From: Macrostomum lignano
Taxonomy: Eukaryota
DNA length: 64,000 bases
Reading direction: 5' to 3'
Assembly (NCBI GenBank): GCA_002269645.1
Contig: NIVC01002056.1
Span: 78,522 to 142,521 of the forward strand
This document shows positions 36,642 to 48,153 of this stretch, piece after piece. The translations under genes and the position numbers were made by a program. Numbering within the stretch: the first letter of the stretch is position 1; every line of letters starts with the position of its first letter. The notes under the pieces are model-generated. The model was not told the origin of the DNA. It made no database searches and saw only the letters and a program-made list of their open reading frames with translations.

Positions 36642-39600
36642 CTAGGCAACGGTAGCACCAGTTTTCCATCTTGACGCCTGCGCCGCCGCAGGCGGGGCGG
36701 TGGCCGCCAGTGGGAAGTAGGGGTAGCTGGGCGCCCACTGGCTTCTGGCGTTGAAGCTCCTGCCCTCCTCTTTGTCGATTTCCACTCGGCCGAACATGCA
36801 CTCGGCGTAGCTGGGCGGCGCTGCAATGCAAGGCGGAGCAATTCCTGTTTTTTATTGGGATCTTAGCACTTCTACAATAGAATCTGAGCACTCTACAATA
36901 GAATCTGAGCACTCTACAATAGAATCTGAGCACTCTACAATAGAATCTGAGCACTCTACAATAGAATCTGAGCACTCTACAATAGAATCTGAGCACTTCT
37001 ACAACCGAATCTGAGCACTCTACAATAGAATATGAGCACTTCTACAATAGAATCTGAGCACTCTACAATAGAATCTGAGCACTCTACAATAGAATCTGAG
37101 CACTCTACAATAGAATCTGAGCACTCTACAATAGAATCTGAGCACTCTACAATAGAATCTGAGCACTTCTACAACCGAATCTGAGCACTCTACAATAGAA
37201 TATGAGCACTTCTACAATAGAATCTGAGCACTTCTACAATAGAATCTGAGCACTCTACAATAGAATCTGAGCACTCTACAATAGAATCTGAGCACTCTAC
37301 AATAATATCTGAGCACTCTACAATAGAATCTGAGCACTCTACAATAATATCTGAGCACTCTACAATAGAATCTGAGCACTCTACAATAATATCTGAGCAC
37401 TCTACAATAGAATCTGAGCACTCTACAATAATATCTGAGCACTCTACAATAATATCTGAGCACTCTACAATAGAATCTGAGCACTTTACAATAATATCTG
37501 AGCACTCTACAATAGAATCTGAGCACTCTACAATAATATCTGAGCACTCTACAATAGAATCTGAGCACTCTACAATAATATCTGAGCACTCTACAATAGA
37601 ATCTGAGCACTCTACAATAATATCTGAGCACTCTACAATAATATCTGAGCACTCTACAATAGAATCTGAGCACTCTACAATAATATCTGAGCACTCTACA
37701 ATAGAATCTGAGCACTCTACAATAATATCTGAGCACTCTACAATAGAATCTGAGCACTCTACAATAATATCTGAGCACTCTACAATAATATCTGAGCACT
37801 CTACAATAGAATCTGAGCACTCTACAATAATATCTGAGCACTCTACAATGGAATGTGAGCACTCTACAATAATATCTGAGCACTCTACAATAGAATCTGA
37901 GCACTCTACAATAATATCTGAGCACTCTACAATAATATCTGAGCACTCTACAATAGAATCTGAGCACTCTACAATAATATCTGAGCACTCTACAATAGAA
38001 TCTGAGCACTCTACAATAATATCTGAGCACTCTACAATAATATCTGAGCACTCTACAATAGAATCTGAGCACTCTACAATTCTTCGTTCAGTGAAAAACA
38101 GCTGATGGAAAGCCATATGCTGTAAGTACACTGACATGCTTTCGCGCCTGTGCACCGGTATTTATTAGAGAAGCGAAATCTGAAGCTGATTGGCAACGAT
38201 GATTTCTTATCGTTTGATCGAACGTACAAGGCTTTGTTGGTCAAATCGCTTCAGCAAAAAAAGGCTGTAGGCAGCGGTCCAAAGTACTGTCCAATTGACG
38301 ACAAAGACTTCAACCGCCTACGCCTCTATTTCGATCGTTCGACGCCAGCTTGACTGCAATTTGAAGTTCTGTTCAAGATTGTTTATGGCTTTGGTTTTTG
38401 CGGCAGGGAGTGGCTGCGAGAGTTGACTAAAGCCGATGTGAAAATTTACGAGCATGACGGTGTTCGCTATGTGGACCTGCTGAAGACATCTATCGAAAAA
38501 ACTGTGTCTGATAGTAATCCGTCGACATCTAAGAGCTTTATCTTAGCCGAGACACCGGATTATCCAGGCTCATGTCCTGTACGGGCGATTGAGTTGTATC
38601 TGTGGGTCATTCCAGAAGATGTTGCCTGTCTCTGGCCCAAGCCTTTGAATCAAGCCGACAAAGACGGTATGTGGTACCACAAGACCCTGGTGCTTGGTAA
38701 GAATTGGTAAGATCAGGCTGGTCTGAGTTGCCGTTCCCACACAAATCATTGCATTCGAGCGTTGGTAGTGTCAAACCTTATCGAAGATGAAGTCACTAGA
38801 TCAGACATTCAAGTCGTAACCGGCCACAAAAGAATCGAGAGTGTGGACCTCTACAACAAGAGAATGAAGTTCTCGAAGAAGGTTGATCTATCAAACACTA
38901 TTAGTCGTCGACTGGCTGTTCCAGGCCGGTCTGAAACAAGCTTTACCGCATCGAACACGTCGGTTGTATCGACTGGAGACGTAATCGAGAGATCGGCTAC
39001 CGACTGCTCGACTAGCTCTGTAGCGCCGACTAAGAACTCATTCACGAGATCAGCTACCAACTACTCTATTGCAGTCGGCAGTTCACAGAGTGCAAGCTCA
39101 CTGTTTGGAAATTGCAAGTTTGAAAATTGTACGTTTAACTTTAATCAATCAAACTAAGGTCAGGAGGTATACCGCGTGAGAAATCTAAAGACTGTCAATG
39201 GACTATATATCTAATGTTTATCTCATGTTAATGTTAATATCTAATATTAGCTGAAAATATACACATAGTTTCTTTGTGCCCACTTGGGGCCATAGACAAC
39301 TTTTGCTGGCGGGCAGACATCGTAGCTTTCACCCTCGTTTCGGCAGGCTTAGGACTGCTACAATACAATCTGAGCACTCTACAATAGAATCTGAGCACTT
39401 TACAACAGAATATGAGCACTCTACAATAGAATCTGAGCACTTTACAACAGAATATGAGCACTCTACAATAGAATATGAGCACTCTACAATACAATCTGAG
39501 CACTCTACAATAGAATCTGAGCACTCTACAATACAATCTGAGCACTCTACAATAGAATCTGAGCACTCTACAAAGGAATCTCAGCACTCTACAATGGAAT

Positions 39601-42600
39601 CTGAGCACTCTACAATAGAATCTGAGCACTTCTACAATACAATCTCAGCACTCTACAATGGAATCTGAGCACTCTACAACAGAATCTGTGCACTTCTACA
39701 ATAGAATCTGGGCACTTCTAAAATAGAATCTGAGCACTCTACAATAGAATCTGAGCGCTCTACAATAGAATCTGAGCACTTCTGCAATAGAATCTGAGCA
39801 CTCTACAACAGAATCTGTGCACTCTACAATAGAATCTGAGCACTCTACAAAGGAATCTCAGCACTCTACAATGGAATCTGAGCACTCTACAACAGAATCT
39901 GTGCACTTCTACAATAGAATCTGGGCACTTCTAAAATAGAATCTGAGCACTCTACAATAGAATCTGAGCGCTCTACAATAGAATCTGAGCACTCTCATTA
40001 GGGTCTGAGCATTCTCATTAGGGTCTAAGCACTCTCTTAAGTTAAAGAAGAATCGCCGAAGATTCAGGCGATCGCTCATCTTTGATAGCTTACGCGGAAT
40101 AACCTGGCCACCAGGCTGCGGCTGCTGTTTGATGACGTCACTCATTGGCGCCGTTGGCAGCGGCGGTGGCATTCCGAAAGTCGACCAGAGCGGCACGCTG
40201 CCGATCAGCAGCTCGCAGCACTCTTTCTTCACCGACAGGCAGCAGCCGCCGTCTGCGTTTAGCTGGACACAGGATGAAAAAATGTACGAGTGCACTTTGA
40301 TTGCTACTGATGTACTTTTGATGGCACTCGTGTACTTTTAACGGTACTGATGTACTTTTGACGGTACTAGTGTACTTTTAACGATCCTGATGTACTTTTG
40401 GTACTAAATTGGTGAATGTTACTAAAAAACTTATAACGTTACTGGTGTACTTCTCATGAAATTGAGTACATTTATAATAGTACAGATACATGTAATTTAA
40501 ATTTCTAATGTTAATATGATACACTTTCAAGATAAGCGAGGTCGGCAATAAGCTTTTATTCGTTCCTTTAGAATCAGATTACTTGATAAAAATAACTTCT
40601 AAATAGTAATTTCAACCTACTCGAAAGTAGTAGTGCACGCGTATATTGTTGCAGCCTTCAATGTGCGAACTGGGCACGGGGTTGACCGGCAGAAGATGGT
40701 TGAGCTGCATCGACTGGCCCTGCTCAATGCCGGACAGGCTGACAGAGGACGCCACGCGGGACGAAGTTTTGCGCTTGCTGGGCGTTATGAATATGCTTTG
40801 CTGCAATGGCGGGATGGAATGTAGGAACTTGGGTTAGTTAAGTGAAATTATGTCAGAAATCGATGCTAGTCCTGTACTCTACAACTCACTTGAACGTTAC
40901 AGAATTCAAAACAGTATTTCTTTTTACAAACAGAATACTCTGTGCTTGATTGTGCACAGGGTCAGGTGGGCTAACGCCCCCAACTGCCCCTGTCCTTCCC
41001 CCGCCCTCCGCAGGGCCCTGCTTGGACTCAACCGCAGGGACATCAGGGCGGTAACCATGGGCCCTCTCGGGTCCGCTACCTGAGGGCTACAGGGCGAGCG
41101 ACAATCCACTCCTGGACTCTCCTGAGGGGGACCATGCTGCACCACCGGATTTCCCTGCGCGACACCGCAGCACCAGGGGTTAAGCGGAATGGGCGGTGAC
41201 GCCTCCCCCTGTATCCGGAGCCCCATGCAGCCAAGTCAAGTGCTTAACTTTTTACAAGCCTTGATGTGTTGGACTTCATAGATCCTCTACTAAACTGAAT
41301 AATCAGACATCAGACAACAAAACAAAGACTGCAGGATTAAAAGCCCTGGTCATCTGGTCTCTGCTCTGTTCTGGATAATTGCTGAGAATCATAACCTCCC
41401 CACTTTACGATATGCTCATTCTATCTCTGCAACTTGTGAACTTTTGGTTAAAAAAAGGTGAAGCTGTAGACTGTAGGTTAAACAAGTTAGCCAGACCTGA
41501 TAAATCTCCAGGTTGACGCTCTCCAAGTTGGTCTTGCTGGTATTGCAGATCTCACCAGTGATGTGCACCTGTTCTCCTGGCACGTAGCCTTTCTTAGGCA
41601 GGGCTACGCTGACTCTAACTTTGCCACAGCAACAATTGAAGCAATAACAGCACTTTACGTCAAAATCCTCCTCGGATTTGAACGGTCCAACCTCGTCGGG
41701 TAGGCGAATGTTCAAGTCTAAGTCGCGAATAACGGTGAAATTTTTTTTGGTGTAGTCGTCAAACTTCCATGGCCGATCAATTTTAGCCTTGATCTCATAG
41801 CGAATTCGACCGATGCCGGATTCGAATGACGATGGAGCAGTCGGCGGTAGTTGAAACGTCACTGGGTAGATGTACTCCCCAGCTGGGTGGTGCTCCGCCG
41901 AGGGGCCCACAGTCTCGGGAGCTGTTAAGGCGGCGGGCACAACAAGGATGTGCAGCTGCGCGAATGACTAATAGACCAATAGATACTGTAGCTATTGACA
42001 CTATACCGATACAAGGTGACGTAAAAAATGCAATCTGCTCAACTATAACAATTTTAGCATGGTTAAAACTCCGCTTCGATCACAAGCACATGGCGTTCGT
42101 CCGACAGTCTAGCATATGGTACACGATTCTGGGACTGATCTTGCTCCTCCGCAGCAGTTGCAAAGTAAAATATAGAGGTGAAAATATAGAGCCGCTATGG
42201 ACCAAATTGATGCTTGTCGGATTGTTAAAAAGCAGAAAGCTTTAGGGTCCTAAATTCAACTGAAATTCTGAATTCGTAATCATTTATGCTGAAATAACGA
42301 CCGCTCTGAAAGTTTTTCATTAAACAATCGCTGTGCGTAAGATACAATGACGTTGCATAGTAGGTAACGGACCGTTACCTGCTATACAATCCACCATTAC
42401 TTTCACAAGCATATCTTGGATTAAGTGCCTGAGCGGTAAGAAACTGAACTAAATTCCCTATTTTATCCCTAATTATTCCTTTACTCAGTCCAAATTTAGG
42501 CAAACCACAAAACAAGGCCGACTGTCTTCTCTTGTCTGCTATCCTCTACCGGTTACTCCTCCTTCCTCTCTGCTAGTTCAACCCTTTTTACTATAGAATG

Positions 42601-44262
42601 AGTGAAGCAAAACGCTTATTTCTTGAAAAACCGAATCGAAGACTCGGAGGACGAAAATCCCACGAGCTAAAAATGCTTGTATTTATAGCCGCTTGGAGCG
42701 AGGTTGCGGTGCGCGGGGTAGGTTGTAACAAAAATCAATTTAAACAAAGTTTTCTTCACGTTAATAAATTTTCCGTCTATAACAACATATAATCCACTTT
42801 AACAAATATCGTTGACTTAAACAAAATATCCGATTCAAACAAATTATTTACGTAACTAAAGGATGTTTTTAGCGGAGATTCAAAATAGGGCGTGCCTTAC
42901 TAGTAAATTTTCATAATTATTCATAATTAGTCTTTTCAACCTTAAAAATTTTTTGAAGCCGCTTTGGATTTTTTGCTAGTTTACATGTACTAAATTTTGC
43001 GCACTCATATGGCAAATCTGATCTTCCCAAAGAGGAATCATTGATTAATGTAAATTTGCTTGCTGCAAATATAGACTTGAACATATTCCCTTTGAATTTC
43101 CAATACGGAAGTTACATACAAGCAAAAATTGACAATTCAAACAGATCTCACTGTAAATAGCCACTTTCTGATCGATGTAAACTTCCTCAGATCTGTAGTG
43201 CACCGTTTCAGTTCGACGGTTGTTGCCAGATCCGGTTGACCTGCTCTCGGTCCAGTGTACGTAAGAATTGCCGAATAGCTTAACGTATATCGCTGGAGTA
43301 GATAAGTGTTGGGTGTGATTACTAAATTACGCTAAGCTGACTTAATTTCAGATGGAGGTCCAATCATTTCGAGATTGGGGGGTTGTAAAGTCGATTGCAA
43401 GTATGAAAAGATTTGAAAATGTTCGCTTTCCAAAACACAAGTGTTGTACGAGTATAACAATCAGATTGTATCAGGAAGATTTTTAGCTAAACCTCGATAC
43501 GCTAAACTAAAGCAGAAAGATTGTAATAATTATAATAATGATAATTGATTACACCCACCCCAATTGGGCCAGACGTGTAACCGACAGCTCAGCCGCAGCT
43601 ATTGCAGGCGCATCTGAAGGCTGCGTACGGCTGTTCAGTTCAAAGACTGGGGGGTCGCCACACACCTCAATTACCCCAGCTAATGCTGGTGCCCATTTTA
43701 CAGCTGAATGAACTGAAGCAATACAGAGTTAAGTGTCTTGCTTAAGGACACAAACTGTTCCAGTGGGATCAGGAATTGAACCCCCCGACCTTCAAGTCGT
43801 GAGTCTGACGCTCTAACCACTAGGCTACAACCCCTACTAGAAGGATTGTACACTGATCGATCACTGATCCTCACAACTGCGAAAGAAGCAAGCATGTTTC
43901 TTTTGCGTAAAGTTGATTCAAAAGTTTTCGATATAAAATTAGTAATTATTTTGGTTAATCAGTACAGACATTTCGTGTATAGTAGTAAAAAAGGAAAATA
44001 CGAGTATTCTATCGCCCCTATTAAATTTGTAAGCTTGTAAGTGCAACAGCCTTCTATGTTTGTTTTTAAATATTAAAAGCATGTAAAAATGAAATGTTTT
44101 ATAATTTATTGTAGCTTGAAACAGTGTGTACCAACCTCTGCACTTGACAGGCTCGGTCAGTCTCAGGTGAACCTGGAATGCGATGGTCTGACCGGAGCGG
44201 TACACAGCCTGTGGATTCACCTCGGCATCGTCGAATACAATGTCGAATATTTCCACTTTCAT
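36642..44262 (-). CDS. ARRDC: Alpha-arrestin, copy C, 6 coding exons, 406 aa
   Basis: Exons 44262-44136, 43292-43152, 41921-41497, 40800-40621, 40262-40094, 36820-36642; GT-AG, 1221 nt. Exons 1, 3, 4 and 5 have the same lengths as in copy A (127, 425, 180, 169 nt). C-terminal PPSY. Confidence 0.93.
36865..38080. repeat. 21 bp minisatellite (CTACAATAGAATCTGAGCACT), left block
   Basis: Directly visible, about 58 copies; last intron of arrestin C. Confidence 0.98.
38081..39357 (+). mobile_element. Decayed Crypton/DUF3504-type tyrosine recombinase, 5'-truncated
   Basis: One frame 38150-39157 with stops at 38351 and 38708, plus an upstream frameshifted piece (DGKPYAVSTLTCFRA). Motifs GFCGRE (GxRGRE with R>C), CPVRAIELY, TNHCIRA (HxxR), TGHKRIESVDLY (H and catalytic Y) and C-terminal FGNCKFENCTFNF. 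Confidence 0.85.
39358..40036. repeat. 21 bp minisatellite (CTACAATAGAATCTGAGCACT), right block, more diverged
   Basis: Same unit and orientation as 36865-38080; decays after about 39995. Confidence 0.97.
40958..41241 (+). mobile_element. 3' fragment of a non-LTR retrotransposon (I/LOA/R1-like C-terminus)
   Basis: RVRWANAPNC...LRRALLGLNRRDIRAVTM(A)LSG resembles the LLxLSRxDxRxxxxxLTGH segment after RNase H in these LINEs; GC-rich island ending in a CAAGTCAAGT tail. Confidence 0.45.
42670..42730 (-). promoter_or_regulatory. LTR-start-like segment with TATA box inside intron 2 of arrestin C
   Basis: Minus strand TGTTACAACC...GGCTATAAATACAAGC shares CTATAAATACAAGC with the element at 24660; no 3' end or TSD established. 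Confidence 0.3.
43520..43834 (-). mobile_element. tRNA-derived SINE with CORE-like body, copy 2
   Basis: A-box TAGTGGTTAGAGCG (43822-43809), B-box GGTTCAATTCC (43782-43772), body GCAAGACACTTAACTC...CAGCTGTAAAATGGG resembling CORE-type SINE cores, AT-rich tail; second copy at 32365-32670. Confidence 0.82.
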
Positions 44263-46269
44263 TATAGCGATTGTAGTTTGGCGAGAGCATGAAATTTCAG
44301 GCAAGGTGAATCAATATGCTGCAGTCCCACGGGTGTGCTAGGGAAAGGCGGGAGTGTGTCGGGTGGCCTATGCTCATGAAATATTGGCCTAAGCGCTGCA
44401 GATATATCGAGGGGTGGACGGTTTTCAAAGTGGGACTGCAAACATCCAACTTGCGGTTCCGCTCTCTCTCTTTCTAACCCCTTTGAACTAGCTTTGGATG
44501 CCTCTTTCTCACTGACCAATCAACCGTTTGCATTCATGGTTTCTAAGGTTTTATCCTTGAGCTGCTGGGCAGACTTTTCCCTTGATCGAACGGTTTTTTG
44601 AGAATAAGACTGAAAAATTTCCGGCAAAACAACCAGGGAGGACTGGGTGCAGCTGCTAGCGGTTCATAAAAGCGGAAGATTTGAGAGCTTCCCTACTCCA
44701 AAACTCTACCCTGGCTGAGCTAAATTATACCGTATAAGACTACTGTCGGGCGCATCCAGGCACTAAACAGTTCAGTTCTTAGTTCGGGCTTCTAGAATGC
44801 CCCAAACTCAAACACAAAACGAGGGGATAGAAAAAATGCCGACTTCCTCATTCGCCCTCTTGCTCCCCTTCCCACGGAGTCGAATTTTCATTCACCCCTA
44901 TCCCCAACTCTCCTTGATTTGCATTTCTCTGGTCTCTCGTGCCCCATATAACTGATTGGCACGGGTGGTCAAAAACCACCCGGATCAAAGATTGGACCAC
45001 CGCGGTGCAGCCCCCAAGCCATGGAGTTCTCATAAATTATCGGAAGAGATCGTCTAGTCTAGGCTCACTCCTAACCAGATTCTAGCTCTGAAACTCCATA
45101 AACGAAGCTTCCGTTACTAATTCTCTTACAGAGGAGAGAAAGGGAGGCAGACAGAAACGCGCAGTAGAGAAGGAATCTACAGCCAGAGAAATGCGAGAGC
45201 ATCTAGATGCATGCCAATTTCTCGCGCAGGGGAGAAAATATTACTCAGTTCTGCGTGGAAATTTTTTGTACAAGAAAAATATGGTTCCCCGTCTTTTTGG
45301 CTGCTCGGCTGCTATGGCTGCCCGCGGCAATGCAAAAGAATATTGAAGAGTAGTTCAGAGAGTGTAAAAGAGAGAGAGAGACACTGGGTGAACGCACAGC
45401 GCTATTAAAGCAAAGTCAGCCGTCTAAGCGCACCCCATGTTAGCCTGTACAGACAGTCAATGCAGTGCAAACAGTTAAAGTCGAATTAATCGTACGCGCC
45501 TGCAACACATGCAGACAAAGCGAAAGGCGGAGCCGCAGAAGTGTACCAAATGCACCCTGACTTGAACTATTACTTCCAGGCAACCCAGACAGCCAACAGA
45601 ATAAATCATTGGTACACAATTTCAACCATCAATTTTGTTATATTTCACCAACCGCAGCTACTGAGAGTAATGTAAGTAGAGGCAAAAGCAGAAAACTCGT
45701 CATTGATAATGTTTCTCAGAATTTAGATAAATATTACGTATTCACAGCTGGAATAATTGGAATTTAAGAACCTGCCACAACTGCTTTACCTTCAACTGCT
45801 TCGGGTGAAAAGCACTAAAAAACATAATGAAAATTTTGTTAATAAAAATAACAATCCAAATCAAAAAGCCACAATAACGGATCTTTGGTTAGTAAGAAAC
45901 GCAGTTTCAAATTGAAACTGTGCAGTTAAGGACACATTGTATAAACGATAGTACTGTATACAGATTGTACAAACAATTCCAACAAGATTAAGCCATAAAA
46001 AACGATGAAAACTCAATCGGTCTATATAAGAGAGAAGAGCTGAATATAAAAAGTATAATGCTTGAATAAAACATCACCACTAAACGACAATACCGAAAAA
46101 TACCCAAAAGCTACCTTCCACATAGAAATGGTGCCTATCTGAGTATTCGGGAATAACTGCAGAAGAAAAAAACCACATACTCGTAAACTTAGTGAAGTCT
46201 CAGTAATTCAAAGACAGACTCATAAAGACATTAATCATCCAGGGTGGTAGCAGGATACAAATTGCGACC

Positions 46270-48153
46270 TTATTGTCCACCAGAATATGGTGCACCACCT
46301 TGCTGTGCAACCGGATATGGTCCACCACCTGGTTGTGCACCAGGATATGGTGGTGCACCACCTGGCTGTGCACCAGGATATGGTGCACCACCTGGCTGTG
46401 CACCAGGATATGGTGCACCACCTGACTGTGCACCAGGATATGGGGCAGAACCAGGCTGCATGCCAGGGTAAGAAGCATCGCCAAAAAAGCCACCCGAAAT
46501 TCCGGCACCACCAGCGGCTGACGGAGCGTCGTTGCGAACTCGAGGCGGACCAGCTCGAATTCCGCGACGCCTCATCCACTCGCACACCTGATTCGGAAGC
46601 TCCGCCAGTACCTCCTTCGCCAAGGCATACCTGCTGCGATCAATGTTGCCACCCTGAATGAAACGACGCAAAGGAACGAATTGGACGACATCTCTTTCGG
46701 CGATCATCGACCCGCAGCGAAGTCGTTTGTCGTCTGAGTCCAGATCCTTCATAGCCGAGAAGTCCTCGTTTCCGACACCAACTATGATTATAGACATCGG
46801 TAGAGATGACGCCTTGATGATTGCCTGCTTCGTCTTCTCGAAGTCCGTGATGATTCCGTCAGTGATGATCAGCAGTACAAAGTACTGAGCTCCTGTCTGG
46901 TGAGCCGCAGCCATTGACGCTACGTGGTTGATCACGGGCGAAAAGTTTGTCGGGCCGTACAGTCGCACCGCTCTGATGCAAGACCGATAGGCCGCGAGAA
47001 GACCTGGCATTCCTGCGCAGTACGGGTTTTCGGACTGCAGAGTCAGCGAGAACGCATCCTGAACTCCCGAGAACATTGGAGGCAACAGAGCTCCGAAGCC
47101 CAGTCCGGGAAACTGCTTGTCTGAGTCGTAGTCCTGCACAATCTCTCCTACCGAAATTATCGCCAGCTCGTACTGGTTCGGTCGGCCGTCGGCGCTCACG
47201 TGGTGCAGCGAGCGAGGGTCTCTGGGGTCTCCATTGCTACCCGTGAAGTCGATTGCAACCGTGAAGTGCAGCTCAGTGCCGCCCTGAATGTAGTCGACGA
47301 ACGAGTCGATGGTCTCGATTCCGATCTGGCTGAACACGATGGTTCCAGCCGACTTTTTCTTCTTGCTGATGAGGGTTCGTTGGGCGGAGCGGCTCCGGGC
47401 GACCTCCTGCTCCAAGCTCTCCAGGCTGCTGTAAAAGCTTCCTATCAGATCATGAGAGCCGTCTCCGTCATAATCATAGCAATCAAATCGTAGGATTAAA
47501 CGCTTATTACCACGACAGATTCGAGCGACTGGTACAGAAAACATTGCCCATCGTGGGTTCAAGTTATTCTTAATAACCTCCGTTCGATGCACAAGAGACC
47601 AATTGCGAACGTGGTTTAACTCGTCTTCGCTTGTTACATCTTCAAGTGGTTGATAGATTTCAAGAAATGGATCTGATTTGCCAAGAAAGTCTTTTTTATC
47701 AAGTTTGTGCCCTTCAATTTGAAAGTTAACAACTTGCTTGCACTCTTGAACTTCTACACAGTTTACAGTAATGATGGACGTCTTCGAACTTTTTGTCCTG
47801 CAAAGTTTAGTTTCGAATCGACGTCGGCTTACAAGCTCGCCGATCGAAGTCTCCAACTCGCCGAGAAAGTCGTGCTCAGACAGTCGAGCACTCGGACTGT
47901 CCAAGTCGTAAATTTGAAACTTCACCAGCTGACGCTCCTCGAACATGAAGTCGACAATGAACCGATGGCTGAATTCGGGATCAAGCGTGTTGTTCAGTCT
48001 CTCAGTTCTGCCGATTTCTTGAAAGTTGGAAGTTCCCGGCTGGCGCAGGAACAGGACGCACTGAGGATCCGACTTGGAGGTGACGTCGCGGTCAGGCAGA
48101 TTTCTGCAGGACACGCTGATCTCAACGCGACTGGTTAGGCTTGGGCCGGACAT
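46270..48153 (-). CDS. CPNE: Copine (C2A-C2B-vWA) copy 1, intronless CDS, 627 aa, PYPGAQPGGA-repeat tail
   Basis: Single ORF with C2 motifs DRDVTSKSDP/YDLDS/HDFLG and DKKDFLGKSDP/YDYDGDGSHD, vWA motifs AIDFTGSNG, YGPTNFSPVINH, LLIITDG and PMSIIIVGVG. ATG at 48153 is directly preceded by TTACAG. Confidence 0.95.
   Translation of the reverse strand: MSGPSLTSRVEISVSCRNLPDRDVTSKSDPQCVLFLRQPGTSNFQEIGRTERLNNTLDPEFSHRFIVDFMFEERQLVKFQIYDLDSPSARLSEHDFLGELETSIGELVSRRRFETKLCRTKSSKTSIITVNCVEVQECKQVVNFQIEGHKLDKKDFLGKSDPFLEIYQPLEDVTSEDELNHVRNWSLVHRTEVIKNNLNPRWAMFSVPVARICRGNKRLILRFDCYDYDGDGSHDLIGSFYSSLESLEQEVARSRSAQRTLISKKKKSAGTIVFSQIGIETIDSFVDYIQGGTELHFTVAIDFTGSNGDPRDPRSLHHVSADGRPNQYELAIISVGEIVQDYDSDKQFPGLGFGALLPPMFSGVQDAFSLTLQSENPYCAGMPGLLAAYRSCIRAVRLYGPTNFSPVINHVASMAAAHQTGAQYFVLLIITDGIITDFEKTKQAIIKASSLPMSIIIVGVGNEDFSAMKDLDSDDKRLRCGSMIAERDVVQFVPLRRFIQGGNIDRSRYALAKEVLAELPNQVCEWMRRRGIRAGPPRVRNDAPSAAGGAGISGGFFGDASYPGMQPGSAPYPGAQSGGAPYPGAQPGGAPYPGAQPGGAPPYPGAQPGGGPYPVAQQGGAPYSGGQ

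Noticed and set aside
36826-39668. VLRFYCR / IVECSD / EHSTI repeat ORFs
   Set aside because: 21-bp minisatellite read in different frames.
10012-40036. Regularly spaced 20-43 bp repeats as CRISPR arrays
   Set aside because: Units are head-to-tail with no unique spacers, there are no cas genes, and the context is eukaryotic.
43765-43834. tRNA gene
   Set aside because: tRNA-like A and B boxes continue into a repeated body and tail, so this is a SINE head, not a tRNA.
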